This document shows positions 8,512-19,307 of a stretch of DNA of 32,000 nt, one piece after another. The number at the start of each line of letters is the position of its first letter. Position 1 is the stretch's first letter. Under the pieces are notes generated by a model. It ran no database searches, had not been told where the DNA came from, and was given only the letters and a program-made list of their open reading frames with translations. Source of the stretch: Methanopyrus kandleri AV19 (lineage in GTDB: Archaea; JAADCQ01; Methanopyri; Methanopyrales; Methanopyraceae); assembly GCF_000007185.1 (NCBI RefSeq), contig NC_003551.1:600001-632000 (forward strand), given 5' to 3'. The position numbers and the translations under genes were made by a program.

Positions 8512-9632
8512 AGCCCGAACCGCTCTCCTTCCCAGTCCTGCTCCGGGAAGTGCTCGTAGAGAACCTCCGCCGCGACTCCGGTCGAGACCCCAGCCCTGGC
8601 CGCCAGGTGAACCGTCGAGAGCTCCTCGGCGTGTACGGCCAGGACCACGGGGAGCTCGGCCTCGGCCCGATCGGTGTCGGAAGCGGCGTCCACGAGGAGG
8701 CTGATGTCGACCTCGTCCTTCCACTTCATCTTCCGGTTCACGACGCTCCGCTTGGCCAGCTTCTCGGCCACGGAGCCACCGTTCGGGTGCTTGCTGAGGA
8801 TCGCCCAGAAGCCACGCTTCAACACTATCTCCGCGAGCACCTCCTCGTCGTCCAACGCCCGCTCGCCCAGCTCGGTCGGCTCACAGATCTCGTGATCGGG
8901 ATGCACCAACAGGTACCGGACCAGCGTCTTGTAGTAGCGTAGGAACGTGTTCTCCGAGACGTCCAGCTCGGACATCACGAGCTCCGGGTCTCGCAACTCA
9001 TCCACGAGCTCCAACGTGCGCATCAGCGAGGGCGGGGACAACGGGTTCGTCACGTAGGGCTCGAGGGAGAGCCTCACGCGCCACTGATGGGACGGGAGCA
9101 GCCTCGCGTACGCGAACGCGTGGACGGAGTTCTCCACGAACTCGGCGTAGTCTCGCGGCGTGGTGTTCAGGGTGTAGCCGACCGTACGACCCAGCAGGTG
9201 ATTAGAGATCGCCCCGTCCGTGGCTCGGAGGTACGACATGTCCGGACCGGGTTGGCGCCGCACCTCACCTTCACCTACTAGGTACTCGTCCAGTTTCTTC
9301 AGGGCTTCGTCGAACGAGCCCACACCGTTCACGACCAGCTCGGCGGGTTCCACGGTGTGTTCTCCCAGGATCTCGTCCAGCAAGCTGGCCTCCCGCAGGG
9401 CGGCCATGGTGAGCATCGCACCTTCCCGCGGGTTCTTCAGACCCGAAAGCACCTCCCGCGCCTTCTCGTACTTGTCGTGCACCAGTAGCGCGGCCGCCGT
9501 CGAGATGATGTACTCGTAATCGTTCGTGAGGCCCGCCTGCCGAATGATTCTGGCGAGTCGCTGGTACAGCGCCTTTACTTCCTTCAGATCCGCCCGCACC
9601 TCCATAAGCATCGCTACTGCGTCGTGGTCCAA
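8508..9632 (-). CDS. Uncharacterised protein in operon between mmp10-like gene and hypF
   Basis: 374 aa, TTG start, stop overlaps the hypF start by 4 nt (ATGA). MDHDAVAMLMEVRADLKEVKALYQRLARIIRQAG...; coding-like composition. Confidence 0.75.
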   Translation of the reverse strand: MDHDAVAMLMEVRADLKEVKALYQRLARIIRQAGLTNDYEYIISTAAALLVHDKYEKAREVLSGLKNPREGAMLTMAALREASLLDEILGEHTVEPAELVVNGVGSFDEALKKLDEYLVGEGEVRRQPGPDMSYLRATDGAISNHLLGRTVGYTLNTTPRDYAEFVENSVHAFAYARLLPSHQWRVRLSLEPYVTNPLSPPSLMRTLELVDELRDPELVMSELDVSENTFLRYYKTLVRYLLVHPDHEICEPTELGERALDDEEVLAEIVLKRGFWAILSKHPNGGSVAEKLAKRSVVNRKMKWKDEVDISLLVDAASDTDRAEAELPVVLAVHAEELSTVHLAARAGVSTGVAAEVLYEHFPEQDWEGERFGL

Positions 9633-9635
9633 GTT

Positions 9636-10853
9636 TCACTCCCCCAGAATGTTGACCGTGTTGATGAGATCGCGGAACGCGTTCAACTCGAACTCCAACA
9701 CCTCTTCCCTATCCACCTCACAGCTCGCCTCACCGTCGAGCGTGAGACGGTCGGGACCCCGCAGCACGACTCTCTCGAAACCGTCACGTTTTAACAATTC
9801 CTCCGCCCGTGCATCGTGAACGAGCGCCCTTCCGGGGAGTACCACGGTTCGCTTCAACGAGGAGACGTCCAACCGTTCCAGGTCCCTCTCCGTGATCAGG
9901 CACGCCACGTCCTTCTCGACCGGGACCACGTCCACTTTTTCCCCACCCTCCACGTGTCGGAACACCTCGCGGATCAGAGGGGCTGCGACCCTCCCGGTGA
10001 TCAGCGAACACTCGACCTCGACCGGTGGGAGCAGCTCCCGGAGCTCCTCCCCCAGCGTCCTGAGCGCGAACGGGGCGCTCGTTTCGGGATCCCACAACGG
10101 CGTCCCCGTGACCCGGAACGGGAACTCCTCGTGCACTTCCGTTACGATCCGCTTGAACTCGTCCAAGGAGTGCGGTTTCACGTCCAGTACGAGAGAGTTT
10201 CCTAGGATGATTCCGTGTTCCTCCCGCGTCCCCAACCGCATCAGGAGGAGCGCGTCGATCCCGAGCTCTTCCAGTCGCTCGCACGTCTTCCACAGGACGT
10301 CTCCGTCGTTCACACCCGGGATCAGGACGGCCGCCACCATCACCTCCTCGCACCGATCCGCGAACACCTCCAAGCACGCGAGCGAGGCCTCGGGAGACCG
10401 ATCACCCATCCATTCCCGCCGGAGCTCCGGATCCCACGCGAACACGGTGTACGAGACGGACCGCACCCCGAGATCGCACAGCTCTTCGACTTCCTCCGGG
10501 TCCTCGAACCCCTTCCCGCTCGTGTACCCGAGCTGGACGCTCCGAATCCCGAGGTCCCTCAGGCTCGCCACGAGCTCCCGCAGCCACGGGTAGTTGCTAA
10601 TGTCTCCACCGCCGCTCACGGTCGCCTCCCGTTCCCGGCGGAACCCAAGGGACATCCCCACCTCCTGTAGCACGACCCCGGGCGGGCGGAAGGGCCCGTT
10701 GTCTTCCCACACGCTCCGACCACAGTAGTCACAGCCGGGGGATCCGGGTGGACAGTTCTTGCAACCGAAAGGGCGTTTTTCTTCCCAGTCCACCCCACGG
10801 AAGTAACAGTACCGGCAGAACCCACCGCAGTCCACTCCCGGTCGTCCACCCAC
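9636..10853 (-). CDS. mmp10: Radical SAM protein, methanogenesis marker 10 family (McrA arginine C-methyltransferase)
   Basis: GGRPGVDCGGFCRYCYFRGVDWEEKRPFGCKNCPPGSPGCDYC cysteine cluster, VSGGGDISNYPWLRELV. GTG is the first usable start after an in-frame upstream stop. Confidence 0.87.
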   Translation of the reverse strand: MGGRPGVDCGGFCRYCYFRGVDWEEKRPFGCKNCPPGSPGCDYCGRSVWEDNGPFRPPGVVLQEVGMSLGFRREREATVSGGGDISNYPWLRELVASLRDLGIRSVQLGYTSGKGFEDPEEVEELCDLGVRSVSYTVFAWDPELRREWMGDRSPEASLACLEVFADRCEEVMVAAVLIPGVNDGDVLWKTCERLEELGIDALLLMRLGTREEHGIILGNSLVLDVKPHSLDEFKRIVTEVHEEFPFRVTGTPLWDPETSAPFALRTLGEELRELLPPVEVECSLITGRVAAPLIREVFRHVEGGEKVDVVPVEKDVACLITERDLERLDVSSLKRTVVLPGRALVHDARAEELLKRDGFERVVLRGPDRLTLDGEASCEVDREEVLEFELNAFRDLINTVNILGE

Positions 10854-10984
10854 GTCCGCGAGGACGGGCGAGGTCTCACCCCCGATCGTGACCGCCCTAC
10901 CGGCGGGTTAATTAGGTGGCCCCCGGGTACGCGCCCTGCGCTCCCACTTGATAACACGGTCGGCGGTCCGGTGAATAAGGAAAC

Positions 10985-10993
10985 CCTTTAAAG
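10985..10993 (+). promoter_or_regulatory. TATA-like element of the mcrB transcript
   Basis: CCTTTAAAG 33-41 nt upstream of mcrB ATG; followed by AGGGGGG Shine-Dalgarno. Confidence 0.6.
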
Positions 10994-11025
10994 CTGCAGC
11001 CCTGCGAAGTTAGGGGGGCCCGCTT

Positions 11026-12360
11026 ATGGCACGCGAGGCCAAGGACACGGTCGATTTGTACGACGATCGCGGTAACTGTGTGGCGGAAGAAGTTCCCATC
11101 GAGGTGCTCTCTCCGATGCGCAACGAGGCCATTCAGAGTATCGTGAACGACATCAAGCGTACCGTCGCGATCGACCTCGAGGGTATCGAGAACGCCCTGC
11201 AGAACGCGACCGTCGGCGGTAAGGGGATGAAGATCCCGGGCCGCGAGATGGACGTCGACATCGTGGACAACGCCGAGGCGATCGCGGACGAGATCGAGAA
11301 GATGATCCGCGTGTACGAGGACGACGACACGAACGTGGAGCCCATGTACGACGGTAAGCGTCTCCTTGTGCAGCTCCCGTCCGAGCGTGTGAAGGTCATG
11401 GCCGACCCGTACTCCGGTACCCTGCAGGCCGGTATGGCGGTCGTGCACGCGATCATCGACGTCTGCGAGGTCGACATGTGGGACGCTAACATGGTCAAGG
11501 CGGCCGTCTTCGGTCGCTACCCGCAGACGATCGACTACTTCGGCGGTAACGTCGCCTCGATGCTGGACGTGCCGATGAAGCAGGAGGGTGTCGGCTACGC
11601 CCTGCGTAACATCATGGTGAACCACATCGTGGCCGCGACCAGGAAGAACACCATGCAGGCCGTGTGTCTGGCCGCGACCCTCGAGCAGACCGCGATGTTC
11701 GAGATGGGTGACGCTCTCGGTCCGTTCGAGCGCCTGCACCTGCTGGGTTACGCTTACCAGGGTCTGAACGCGGACAACATGGTGTACGACATCGTGAAGA
11801 AGCACGGTAAGGAGGGTACCGTGGGTACCGTCGTCCGCGAGGTCGTCGAGCGCGCCCTCGAGGACGGCGTGATCGAGGTCAAGGAGGAGCTCCCGTCCGG
11901 CTTCAAGGTGTACAAGGCCAACGACATGGACCTCTGGAACGCCTACGCCGCCGCCGGACTCGTGGCCGCGGTCATGGTCAACCAGGGTGCCGCCCGAGCG
12001 GCTCAGGGTGTCAGCGCGACGATCTTGTACTACAACGACCTGCTCGAGTACGAGACCGGACTACCCGGTGTCGACTTCGGACGAGCCGAGGGTACCGCGG
12101 TCGGATTCAGCTTCTTCAGCCACTCGATCTACGGCGGAGGTGGTCCGGGTATCTTCCACGGTAACCACATCGTGACCAGGCACTCCAAGGGCTTCGCGAT
12201 TCCGCCCGTGGCGGCGGCGATGGCCCTGGACGCCGGTACCCAGATGTTCAGCCCGGAGGTCACCAGCAAGCTGATCGGTGACGTGTTCGGTGAGATCGAC
12301 GAGTTCCGGGAGCCGATGAAGTACATCACAGAGGCCGCCGCCGAGGAGGCAAAGCGTTAA
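11026..12360 (+). CDS. mcrB: Methyl-coenzyme M reductase subunit beta
   Basis: 444 aa; [35 protein letters not shown]...; [46 protein letters not shown]. Confidence 0.98.
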   Translation: MAREAKDTVDLYDDRGNCVAEEVPIEVLSPMRNEAIQSIVNDIKRTVAIDLEGIENALQNATVGGKGMKIPGREMDVDIVDNAEAIADEIEKMIRVYEDDDTNVEPMYDGKRLLVQLPSERVKVMADPYSGTLQAGMAVVHAIIDVCEVDMWDANMVKAAVFGRYPQTIDYFGGNVASMLDVPMKQEGVGYALRNIMVNHIVAATRKNTMQAVCLAATLEQTAMFEMGDALGPFERLHLLGYAYQGLNADNMVYDIVKKHGKEGTVGTVVREVVERALEDGVIEVKEELPSGFKVYKANDMDLWNAYAAAGLVAAVMVNQGAARAAQGVSATILYYNDLLEYETGLPGVDFGRAEGTAVGFSFFSHSIYGGGGPGIFHGNHIVTRHSKGFAIPPVAAAMALDAGTQMFSPEVTSKLIGDVFGEIDEFREPMKYITEAAAEEAKR

Positions 12361-12439
12361 ACTCCCCTCTCCCCCCGGAAGAACGCCCTCCCGCACCCGT
12401 GGTATCGTTTCGTAACCCATAACGAAAGGGGGCGCGACC

Positions 12440-12991
12440 TTGCCGGAGGAGAAACTCGAGCGGCCCCGCATGTTGGAGCGCAAGATCCCCGAAGGAGCCA
12501 AGCCCGAGGTGCAGATCTTCCCGCAGCGCCTCCTCAGCGCGGACACCACGGAGAAGCTCCTGAACGAGCTGCTGGAGAGGGTTGAAGGTATCGGTCGTAT
12601 CGTGATCCACGGTCCGGGGCTCCCCAAGGCAGTCCCCTTCGGACCCGCCCGCGGTAAGCCGGTCAAGCACCCGGAAAGACGCCCGATCGAAGTCCACGGT
12701 GAGAAGATCCCCATGAAGGTCCAGACGGGCCAGATCATCGTCGAGATCGAGGACGAAGACCGACTCGACGATATCGTCGAGGAGATCGAGAAGATCTGCC
12801 GTGAGATCCTGCCCTGCGACTTCGAGGTTCAGGTGGGAAGGTTCACCCGACACAAACCCACCGTCACCGACTACCTGAAGTTCGGCGAGGAGGGCGTTAA
12901 GAAGCTCGACAAGCGTCTCCTGGGACTCGTCGAGCCCCGAGCCCGGCTAGCCGACAGGGTCTCCGTCCTCAAGAAGAAGGGGGAGGACTAA
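12440..12991 (+). CDS. mcrD: Methyl-coenzyme M reductase operon protein D
   Basis: 183 aa, TTG start; [49 protein letters not shown]. Confidence 0.93.
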   Translation: MPEEKLERPRMLERKIPEGAKPEVQIFPQRLLSADTTEKLLNELLERVEGIGRIVIHGPGLPKAVPFGPARGKPVKHPERRPIEVHGEKIPMKVQTGQIIVEIEDEDRLDDIVEEIEKICREILPCDFEVQVGRFTRHKPTVTDYLKFGEEGVKKLDKRLLGLVEPRARLADRVSVLKKKGED

Positions 12992-12999
12992 CCTCGCGA

Positions 13000-13608
13000 G
13001 TGGGCCGCGAGACCTACGCCGTCGACTGCCGAGCCGCCATGGGGATGGGTAAAGGCGGTAGTCTGGCGCAACGGGGCACCATCGCCGAGACCGAGATTAC
13101 CGAGGTCGTCGCCGTCGCGATGTCGCCCGGTTCCCGCCATATCACCAAACCCGTGTGCGAGATCACCTACGCCCTCCGAGAGGCCGGGATCCACACGAGC
13201 GTCCTGGTACTCAACGCCGGATCCGGCGTCCCGGCCGAAGCCCCCGTTCAGACGGGAGCCACGATGGGGATAGAGCCCGAGGAGATCGAGCGCATCAACC
13301 GGCACGAGGTCGCCGTGATCCACCTCGGTAACGTCAAACAGCACATCGTGTGGAAGGCCCGGCTTATCCTCAAACACTGCGACGTCCCTGCGGTTATAGT
13401 GTGTCAGACCCCCGTGGACTTCGAGGATTTCGCCGAGGTAGGTTGCCGTACCCGCATCGTGGAACCACCGGAGCCCGAAACGGTAGGAGAGGTAGTCGAG
13501 ATCGTCACCGGTGTGATCCGCGGAGAGACCGTCCCCTCGGACAAGATCAACGAAATCGTCCGCAAGGTCAGACGCGCCTTACGTTACGCCCGTCGGAGGT
13601 CTCGGTGA
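13000..13608 (+). CDS. mcrC: Methyl-coenzyme M reductase operon protein C
   Basis: 202 aa, GTG start; [69 protein letters not shown]. Confidence 0.94.
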   Translation: MGRETYAVDCRAAMGMGKGGSLAQRGTIAETEITEVVAVAMSPGSRHITKPVCEITYALREAGIHTSVLVLNAGSGVPAEAPVQTGATMGIEPEEIERINRHEVAVIHLGNVKQHIVWKARLILKHCDVPAVIVCQTPVDFEDFAEVGCRTRIVEPPEPETVGEVVEIVTGVIRGETVPSDKINEIVRKVRRALRYARRRSR

Positions 13609-13688
13609 TCTATTACTTCTCACGGTTATCGTGTTACTGCGTCCTCTTCTGAGCACCGTTCGTGGGTAATCCGGCTTCGGTCGAAATC

Positions 13689-13697
13689 CCTTTAAAA
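13689..13697 (+). promoter_or_regulatory. TATA-like element upstream of mcrG
   Basis: AAATCCCTTTAAAATG context; same spacing to mcrG ATG as the mcrB element. Confidence 0.5.
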
Positions 13698-13731
13698 TGA
13701 CCCGCCCCTCACACTTCAGGGGGCTGACCTT

Positions 13732-14523
13732 ATGGGTCTGAAGGAGGAGATGGCCGAAAAGGCTCAGTTCTACCCAGGTGAGACCGACGTGGCCGAGAAC
13801 CGTCGCAAGTACATGAACCCGAATTACGAGCTGAAGAAGCTCCGTGAGATCCCAGACGAAGACATCGTCCGGCTGATGGGTCACCGCGAGCCAGGTGAGG
13901 AGTACCCGAGCGTGCACCCGCCGCTGGAGGAGATGGAAGAGCCCGAGTGTCCGATCCGCGAGCTCGTCGAGCCGACGGAGGGCGCCAAGGCCGGCGACCG
14001 AATCCGCTACATCCAGTTCACGGACTCCGTGTACTTCGCGCCGATCCATCCGTACATCCGCGCCCGTATGTACATGTGGCGATACCGCGGGGTCGACACC
14101 GGATCCCTGTCCGGTCGACAGATTATCGAGGTCCGTGAGCGCGACCTCGAGAAGATCGCCAAGGAGCTCCTCGAGACCGAGATCTTCGACCCGGCTAGGT
14201 CCGGTGTCCGAGGAGCGACCGTGCACGGACACGCCCTCCGACTGGACGAGAACGGCCTCATGTTCGACGCTCTGCGTCGTTACCGCCTGAACGAGGAGAC
14301 GGGCGAGGTTGAGTACGTCAAGGACCAGGTCGGTATCGAGCTCGACGAGCCGATCCCCGTAGGTGCGCCGGCCGACGAGGACGACCTGAAGGAGCGCACG
14401 ACGATCTACCGCATCGACGGTACCCCGTACAGGGAAGACGAAGAACTCCTACAAGTCGTCCAGCGGATCCACGAGCTACGTACCCTAGCCGGTTACCGGC
14501 CCGAAGAGGCTGAGGGTAAGTAA
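13732..14523 (+). CDS. mcrG: Methyl-coenzyme M reductase subunit gamma
   Basis: 263 aa; [58 protein letters not shown]. Confidence 0.98.
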   Translation: MGLKEEMAEKAQFYPGETDVAENRRKYMNPNYELKKLREIPDEDIVRLMGHREPGEEYPSVHPPLEEMEEPECPIRELVEPTEGAKAGDRIRYIQFTDSVYFAPIHPYIRARMYMWRYRGVDTGSLSGRQIIEVRERDLEKIAKELLETEIFDPARSGVRGATVHGHALRLDENGLMFDALRRYRLNEETGEVEYVKDQVGIELDEPIPVGAPADEDDLKERTTIYRIDGTPYREDEELLQVVQRIHELRTLAGYRPEEAEGK

Positions 14524-14576
14524 CTCCCCCTCACACATGCTCATACGAAACAATCTCGGAGTATTTTGGAAACGCT

Positions 14577-14582
14577 TATAAC
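14577..14582 (+). promoter_or_regulatory. TATA-like TTATAA upstream of mcrA
   Basis: GAAACGCTTATAACG, about 40 nt upstream of the mcrA ATG. Confidence 0.4.
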
Positions 14583-14619
14583 GCTCTCGACCTATCGCCC
14601 CATGGGGGAGAGGATCACG

Positions 14620-16281
14620 ATGTCCTCGGCTGAGGAGAAGCTCTTCATGAAGGCGCTCAAGGAGAAGTTCGAGGAGAGCCCCGAGGAGAAGTACACCAAG
14701 TTCTACATCTTCGGTGGTTGGAAGCAGTCCGAGCGTAAGAAGGAGTTCAAGGAGTGGGCTGACAAGATCGTCGAGGAGCGTGGAGTCCCGCACTACAACC
14801 CGGACATCGGTGTTCCACTCGGCCAGCGTAAGCTCATGTCCTACCAGGTCTCCGGTACGGACGTGTTCGTCGAGGGTGACGACCTGCACTTCGTGAACAA
14901 CGCCGCGATGCAGCAGATGTGGGACGACATCCGCCGCACCGTCATCGTCGGAATGGACACCGCCCACCGCGTGCTGGAGCGCCGACTGGGTAAGGAGGTC
15001 ACCCCGGAGACCATCAACGAGTACATGGAGACCCTGAACCACGCGCTACCGGGTGGTGCGGTCGTCCAGGAGCACATGGTGGAGATCCACCCGGGTCTGA
15101 CCTGGGACTGTTACGCCAAGATCATTACCGGTGACCTCGAGCTCGCCGACGAGATCGACGACAAGTTCCTGATCGACATCGAGAAGCTGTTCCCGGAGGA
15201 GCAGGCCGAGCAGCTGATCAAGGCGATCGGCAACAGGACGTACCAGGTCTGCCGCATGCCGACGATCGTGGGCCACGTCTGTGACGGAGCGACCATGTAC
15301 CGATGGGCCGCGATGCAGATCGCGATGTCGTTCATCTGCGCGTACAAGATCGCGGCCGGAGAGGCGGCCGTGTCGGACTTCGCGTTCGCGAGCAAGCACG
15401 CCGAGGTAATCAACATGGGTGAGATGCTGCCGGCGCGGCGAGCCCGAGGTGAGAACGAGCCCGGTGGCGTCCCGTTCGGCGTACTGGCAGACTGCGTGCA
15501 GACGATGAGGAAGTACCCGGACGACCCGGCCAAGGTCGCGCTGGAGGTGATCGCCGCCGGAGCGATGCTCTACGACCAGATCTGGCTAGGATCCTACATG
15601 TCAGGAGGTGTCGGTTTCACGCAGTACGCGACGGCCGTGTACACTGATAACATCCTGGACGACTACGTGTACTACGGTCTCGAGTACGTCGAGGACAAGT
15701 ACGGAATCGCCGAGGCCGAGCCGAGCATGGACGTGGTGAAGGACGTCGCGACCGAGGTCACCCTGTACGGTCTGGAGCAGTACGAGCGGTACCCGGCCGC
15801 CATGGAGACGCACTTCGGAGGTTCACAGCGAGCCGCCGTCTGTGCGGCCGCCGCGGGCTGCAGTACCGCCTTCGCGACCGGTCACGCGCAGGCAGGACTC
15901 AACGGTTGGTACCTGTCGCAGATCCTGCACAAGGAGGGTCACGGTCGTCTAGGATTCTACGGGTACGCCCTACAGGACCAGTGTGGTGCGGCCAACTCGC
16001 TGAGCGTGAGGAGCGACGAGGGACTGCCGCTCGAGCTGCGTGGTCCGAACTACCCGAACTACGCGATGAACGTGGGTCACCTGGGCGAGTACGCGGGTAT
16101 CGTGCAGGCGGCGCACGCGGCGCGAGGCGACGCGTTCTGTGTGCACCCGGTGATCAAGGTGGCGTTCGCCGACGAGAACCTGGTCTTCGACTTCACGGAG
16201 CCGAGGAAGGAGTTCGCAAAGGGCGCGTTGCGAGAGTTCGAGCCCGCGGGCGAGCGAGACCTCATCGTGCCCGCGGAGTAA
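14620..16281 (+). CDS. mcrA: Methyl-coenzyme M reductase subunit alpha
   Basis: 553 aa from ATG 14620 ([20 protein letters not shown]); supplied ORF begins 18 codons upstream at a TTG. LSGYYLS-region equivalent [40 protein letters not shown] present. Confidence 0.98.
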
Positions 16282-16309
16282 CGCCTCCACGCCCCGCCTT
16301 ATTTCACAA

Positions 16310-16320
16310 CACTTTTAAAC
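16310..16320 (+). promoter_or_regulatory. TATA-like CACTTTTAAAC upstream of the mtr cluster
   Basis: AT-rich element in the 129-nt mcrA-mtrE gap; start codon is about 90 nt downstream. Confidence 0.4.
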
Positions 16321-16410
16321 CGAAGTTCGGGAACTTCCGCGAAATCGTTTCAACACCCTTAACGTGAGTTCACTTTCGTAGCTCTCAACTCGAGTTTAGG
16401 GGGTACGCCC

Positions 16411-17307
16411 TTGGTAGGGTTCACCGAGATCGGTTTAGCGGCCGCGATGGGCGCGCTGGCCACCATAGCCGGAGCGTTCGAGGACGCCGAGTCGGACGTA
16501 GGATCCCAGTCCAACCCGAACTCGCAGGTCCAGCTGGCGCCGCAAATGATGAACTTCCACAGGTACTTCAACAAGGCGATCTCGGGAGAGCCAGTTTCCT
16601 ACATGCTGTACGGAGCGATCGCCGGTACGGTAACCTGGGTGATGATGACCAAGTTCGGGCTTCCGTTCCTCGCCGCCGCGGCGGTAGGCGTCGGTGTGAA
16701 CGCACTAATTCACATGGTGTTCGCGACCACGGCCCACCTGGGTAGAATGGCGAGCGCGGCCGAGTTCGGACACCCGATCTACCTGGACGTCGTACTCTCA
16801 CACCTCGGGCCGATCGCGGGCTTCGGAGGGATCGCGACCTTCGCGATAGTATCGCTGGCCTACATCCAGTGGGCGCTCCTGAAGCACCCGTTCCCGCTGC
16901 CATTGCTGGCCGCACTATGGGGCGTAACGGTCGGCGCGATCGGATCCTCGACGGGAGACGTGCACTACGGTGCTGAGCGTCTGTACCAGCACTACCCGTT
17001 CGGCGGCGGTGTTCCGGTAGCCGCTCACGGTAACATCACGCGGAAGGCCGAGACCGGAATCCGGAACTCGATGGACAGCGTCTACTTCTGCGCCAAGTTC
17101 GGTAACCCGCTCACGGGCCTGTGTTTCGGTCTGGTGGTGTTCTTCAGCACCTGGGCCGGCCTGTTCGGGCAGTGGGGCGCCGTGATCGCCATGGGCCTGG
17201 TCACGCTCGGGTGCCTGATCGTGAGTAACCGTGTGGAGAAGAAGGCCCGCGAGAGCTACGGTACCTACGAGGACGTCGAGATGGACGAGATCTGTGATCC
17301 GGTGTAA
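16411..17307 (+). CDS. mtrE: Tetrahydromethanopterin S-methyltransferase subunit E
   Basis: TTG start with AGGGGG; polytopic membrane protein with [23 protein letters not shown] and [35 protein letters not shown]. Confidence 0.95.
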   Translation: MVGFTEIGLAAAMGALATIAGAFEDAESDVGSQSNPNSQVQLAPQMMNFHRYFNKAISGEPVSYMLYGAIAGTVTWVMMTKFGLPFLAAAAVGVGVNALIHMVFATTAHLGRMASAAEFGHPIYLDVVLSHLGPIAGFGGIATFAIVSLAYIQWALLKHPFPLPLLAALWGVTVGAIGSSTGDVHYGAERLYQHYPFGGGVPVAAHGNITRKAETGIRNSMDSVYFCAKFGNPLTGLCFGLVVFFSTWAGLFGQWGAVIAMGLVTLGCLIVSNRVEKKARESYGTYEDVEMDEICDPV

Positions 17308-17320
17308 GGGGGACCCCGCG

Positions 17321-18100
17321 TTGGGTGAGTCCGCCAAGCTGAACGCCCGAGGGTTCGGGATCGCCCTGTCCCTGATCGCCGTGGCGACGATCCTGGCGAC
17401 CTTCGGACACTTCTGGACGTCCGTGGACAAGCTGATCGCGGTGCTGGTACTGATCACGCTCGGTAGTATCATGGTGAACGTCGGTGTACACTACGTGCCG
17501 GTGGGAGGCGCTCCGGCCGCGATGGCGACGGCGACGGGAGTGGGTACAGGTACCACCCAGCTGGCGGCGGGATCCGGACTGACCGGACTTATCACGGCGG
17601 CGGCCATGAGCCAGAAGCCGTTCCTCGTGATCCTGTGGAACGGTGCCCTCGGAGCCGCTACAATGATGGCCATCACCATGCTGGTGGGTAACTTCATCTA
17701 CGTCTACGGTGTCGGTTGTCCACCGTGCTCCGCTAAGGTCGACAAGGACCCGATCACCGGCTGGGACCAGGAGGCGTACGTCACGCCCGGTACGGAGGGT
17801 CACGGAATCCCGACGGTCAGCTTCGTGAGCGGGATCCTCGGAGGACTGCTCGGAGGTTCCGGCGGTGCGATGGTGTACTACGCGCTCTACAAGGTGCTCG
17901 GAATGAGCGCGGCGCTGGCCGGGATACTGGCCATGGGCTTCTTCTACGCGAACGCGGTGCTGGCGTCGTACAACATCGGAGGTACGATCGAGGGTTACCA
18001 CGATCCGAAGTTCACGAGGCTACCGAAGGCGGTAGTATGCTCCCTAGTATTCGGTATAGTAGCGTCCGTGATCGCGTATTACCTCTCGACCCTCATGTAA
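17321..18100 (+). CDS. mtrD: Tetrahydromethanopterin S-methyltransferase subunit D
   Basis: TTG 17321 after AGGGGGA; [42 protein letters not shown]. Supplied ORF N-terminal 30 residues overlap mtrE and are likely not translated. Confidence 0.95.
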   Translation: MGESAKLNARGFGIALSLIAVATILATFGHFWTSVDKLIAVLVLITLGSIMVNVGVHYVPVGGAPAAMATATGVGTGTTQLAAGSGLTGLITAAAMSQKPFLVILWNGALGAATMMAITMLVGNFIYVYGVGCPPCSAKVDKDPITGWDQEAYVTPGTEGHGIPTVSFVSGILGGLLGGSGGAMVYYALYKVLGMSAALAGILAMGFFYANAVLASYNIGGTIEGYHDPKFTRLPKAVVCSLVFGIVASVIAYYLSTLM

Positions 18101-18119
18101 CGGGGGAGTGTGAGGAACC

Positions 18120-18932
18120 TTGATCCTGCGTACACTCCTGATCTCCGCCGTAGCACCGGGTGGCGAGGAGGAAGAGGTAGAGGTCGCCGTAGCGATCTCG
18201 CCCTTGAAACTGATGACGGCCGGCCTGATCTGCGGAATACTCGGTACCGCTTTCGCCTGGGTTCACCCGTTGATCCCGGCGTTGGCAGTGATTCCGGTAG
18301 TGGTCTGGGGTGCCGACGCGGTTAGGAGGGTCGCGGGCTACGGACTGGGTACCGGAGTGCCTTCCATCGGTTTCATGGGACTCGGTGGCGGATCCGTCGC
18401 CGCGATCCTGGCGGCGGCGCTGTCCGGTAACACCGTGCCCGCATGGGCGGCGGCCATCATCGGAACAGTCATCGGCGCCGTCGTCGGGGCGCTGCTCGGC
18501 GTCCTGGACCGCCGCGTGATCAAGATGAAGATCCCGGTGATGGAGCGCTGCAGCACCGAGATCGTGGCGTCCGGAACGCTGGCGCTGATCTGTCTCATGG
18601 CAGCCGTCGCCGGCGACTTCACGTGGTCCGCGGTGTACTCCAAGGTGATCGCGACGGGTCTCATCGCCGTCCTCTGGGCGATCTGCGCGATCTCGCTGCT
18701 GCACCCGTTCAACGCGTGCCTCGGACCCAGTGAGACGCAGGAGCGGACGCTGTGGCTGGGCGCGGAGTGCGGCTCGCTCTGCACGGTCGTGGCGGGACTA
18801 GCGACGGCCAACCCGGTGGTACTACTGGCCGGTGCGGCCGCTTGGCTGATCACCTTCTGGAAGTTCTGGGAGCTGACGAAGCGCGACGCCGCGGACGTAG
18901 TGTGGACTGGAATCGTGCCCAAGGGTGAGTAA
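18120..18932 (+). CDS. mtrC: Tetrahydromethanopterin S-methyltransferase subunit C
   Basis: 270 aa, TTG start; polytopic; YGLGTGVPSIGFMGLGGG, HPFNACLGPSETQERTLWLGAECG. Confidence 0.94.
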   Translation: MILRTLLISAVAPGGEEEEVEVAVAISPLKLMTAGLICGILGTAFAWVHPLIPALAVIPVVVWGADAVRRVAGYGLGTGVPSIGFMGLGGGSVAAILAAALSGNTVPAWAAAIIGTVIGAVVGALLGVLDRRVIKMKIPVMERCSTEIVASGTLALICLMAAVAGDFTWSAVYSKVIATGLIAVLWAICAISLLHPFNACLGPSETQERTLWLGAECGSLCTVVAGLATANPVVLLAGAAAWLITFWKFWELTKRDAADVVWTGIVPKGE

Positions 18933-18945
18933 GGGGTGAACGACC

Positions 18946-19284
18946 TTGGCGATCGTGCTCATCGACCCGGAGAGCCAGATCGCGATGGACGCCGTGACCG
19001 GAGCCGTGGCGGAGTGGAGCGAGGACGTGGTGACGCTGGACGTCATGCCGCTGTACGAGAAGGTCGAGGAGCTCGAGCAGTACGTGAACGACATGATGCG
19101 CGCCATGGACCCGTCCACTACGACCTGGGGTACGCTGCCCGGTCGTGAGGGCGTACACGAGACGGCCGGCTTCCTGACCAACTTCGCCCACGGTTTCGTC
19201 ATAGGTACGATGATAGTGGCGCTCGTAGCCTTCACCCTCGCGGCCGTGTACAAGCTCCACGCCCTGCGCCTTCTCGGCCTCTAA
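18946..19284 (+). CDS. mtrB: Tetrahydromethanopterin S-methyltransferase subunit B
   Basis: 112 aa, TTG start; single C-terminal TM; MAIVLIDPESQIAMDAVTG...; GREGVHETAGFLTNFAHGFVIG. Confidence 0.92.
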   Translation: MAIVLIDPESQIAMDAVTGAVAEWSEDVVTLDVMPLYEKVEELEQYVNDMMRAMDPSTTTWGTLPGREGVHETAGFLTNFAHGFVIGTMIVALVAFTLAAVYKLHALRLLGL

Positions 19285-19307
19285 TCCCTTCGTAGGGGGT
19301 GCTTGAG

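Noticed and set aside
10912-11805. 297-aa minus-strand ORF
   Set aside because: Antisense to mcrB, dominated by His/Val/Leu/Arg low-complexity sequence typical of GC-rich shadows.
17201-18001. 266-aa minus-strand ORF
   Set aside because: Antisense to mtrE/mtrD, RHRHGDQ-rich composition, no motif.
18093-18704. 203-aa minus-strand ORF
   Set aside because: Antisense to mtrC; composition artefact.
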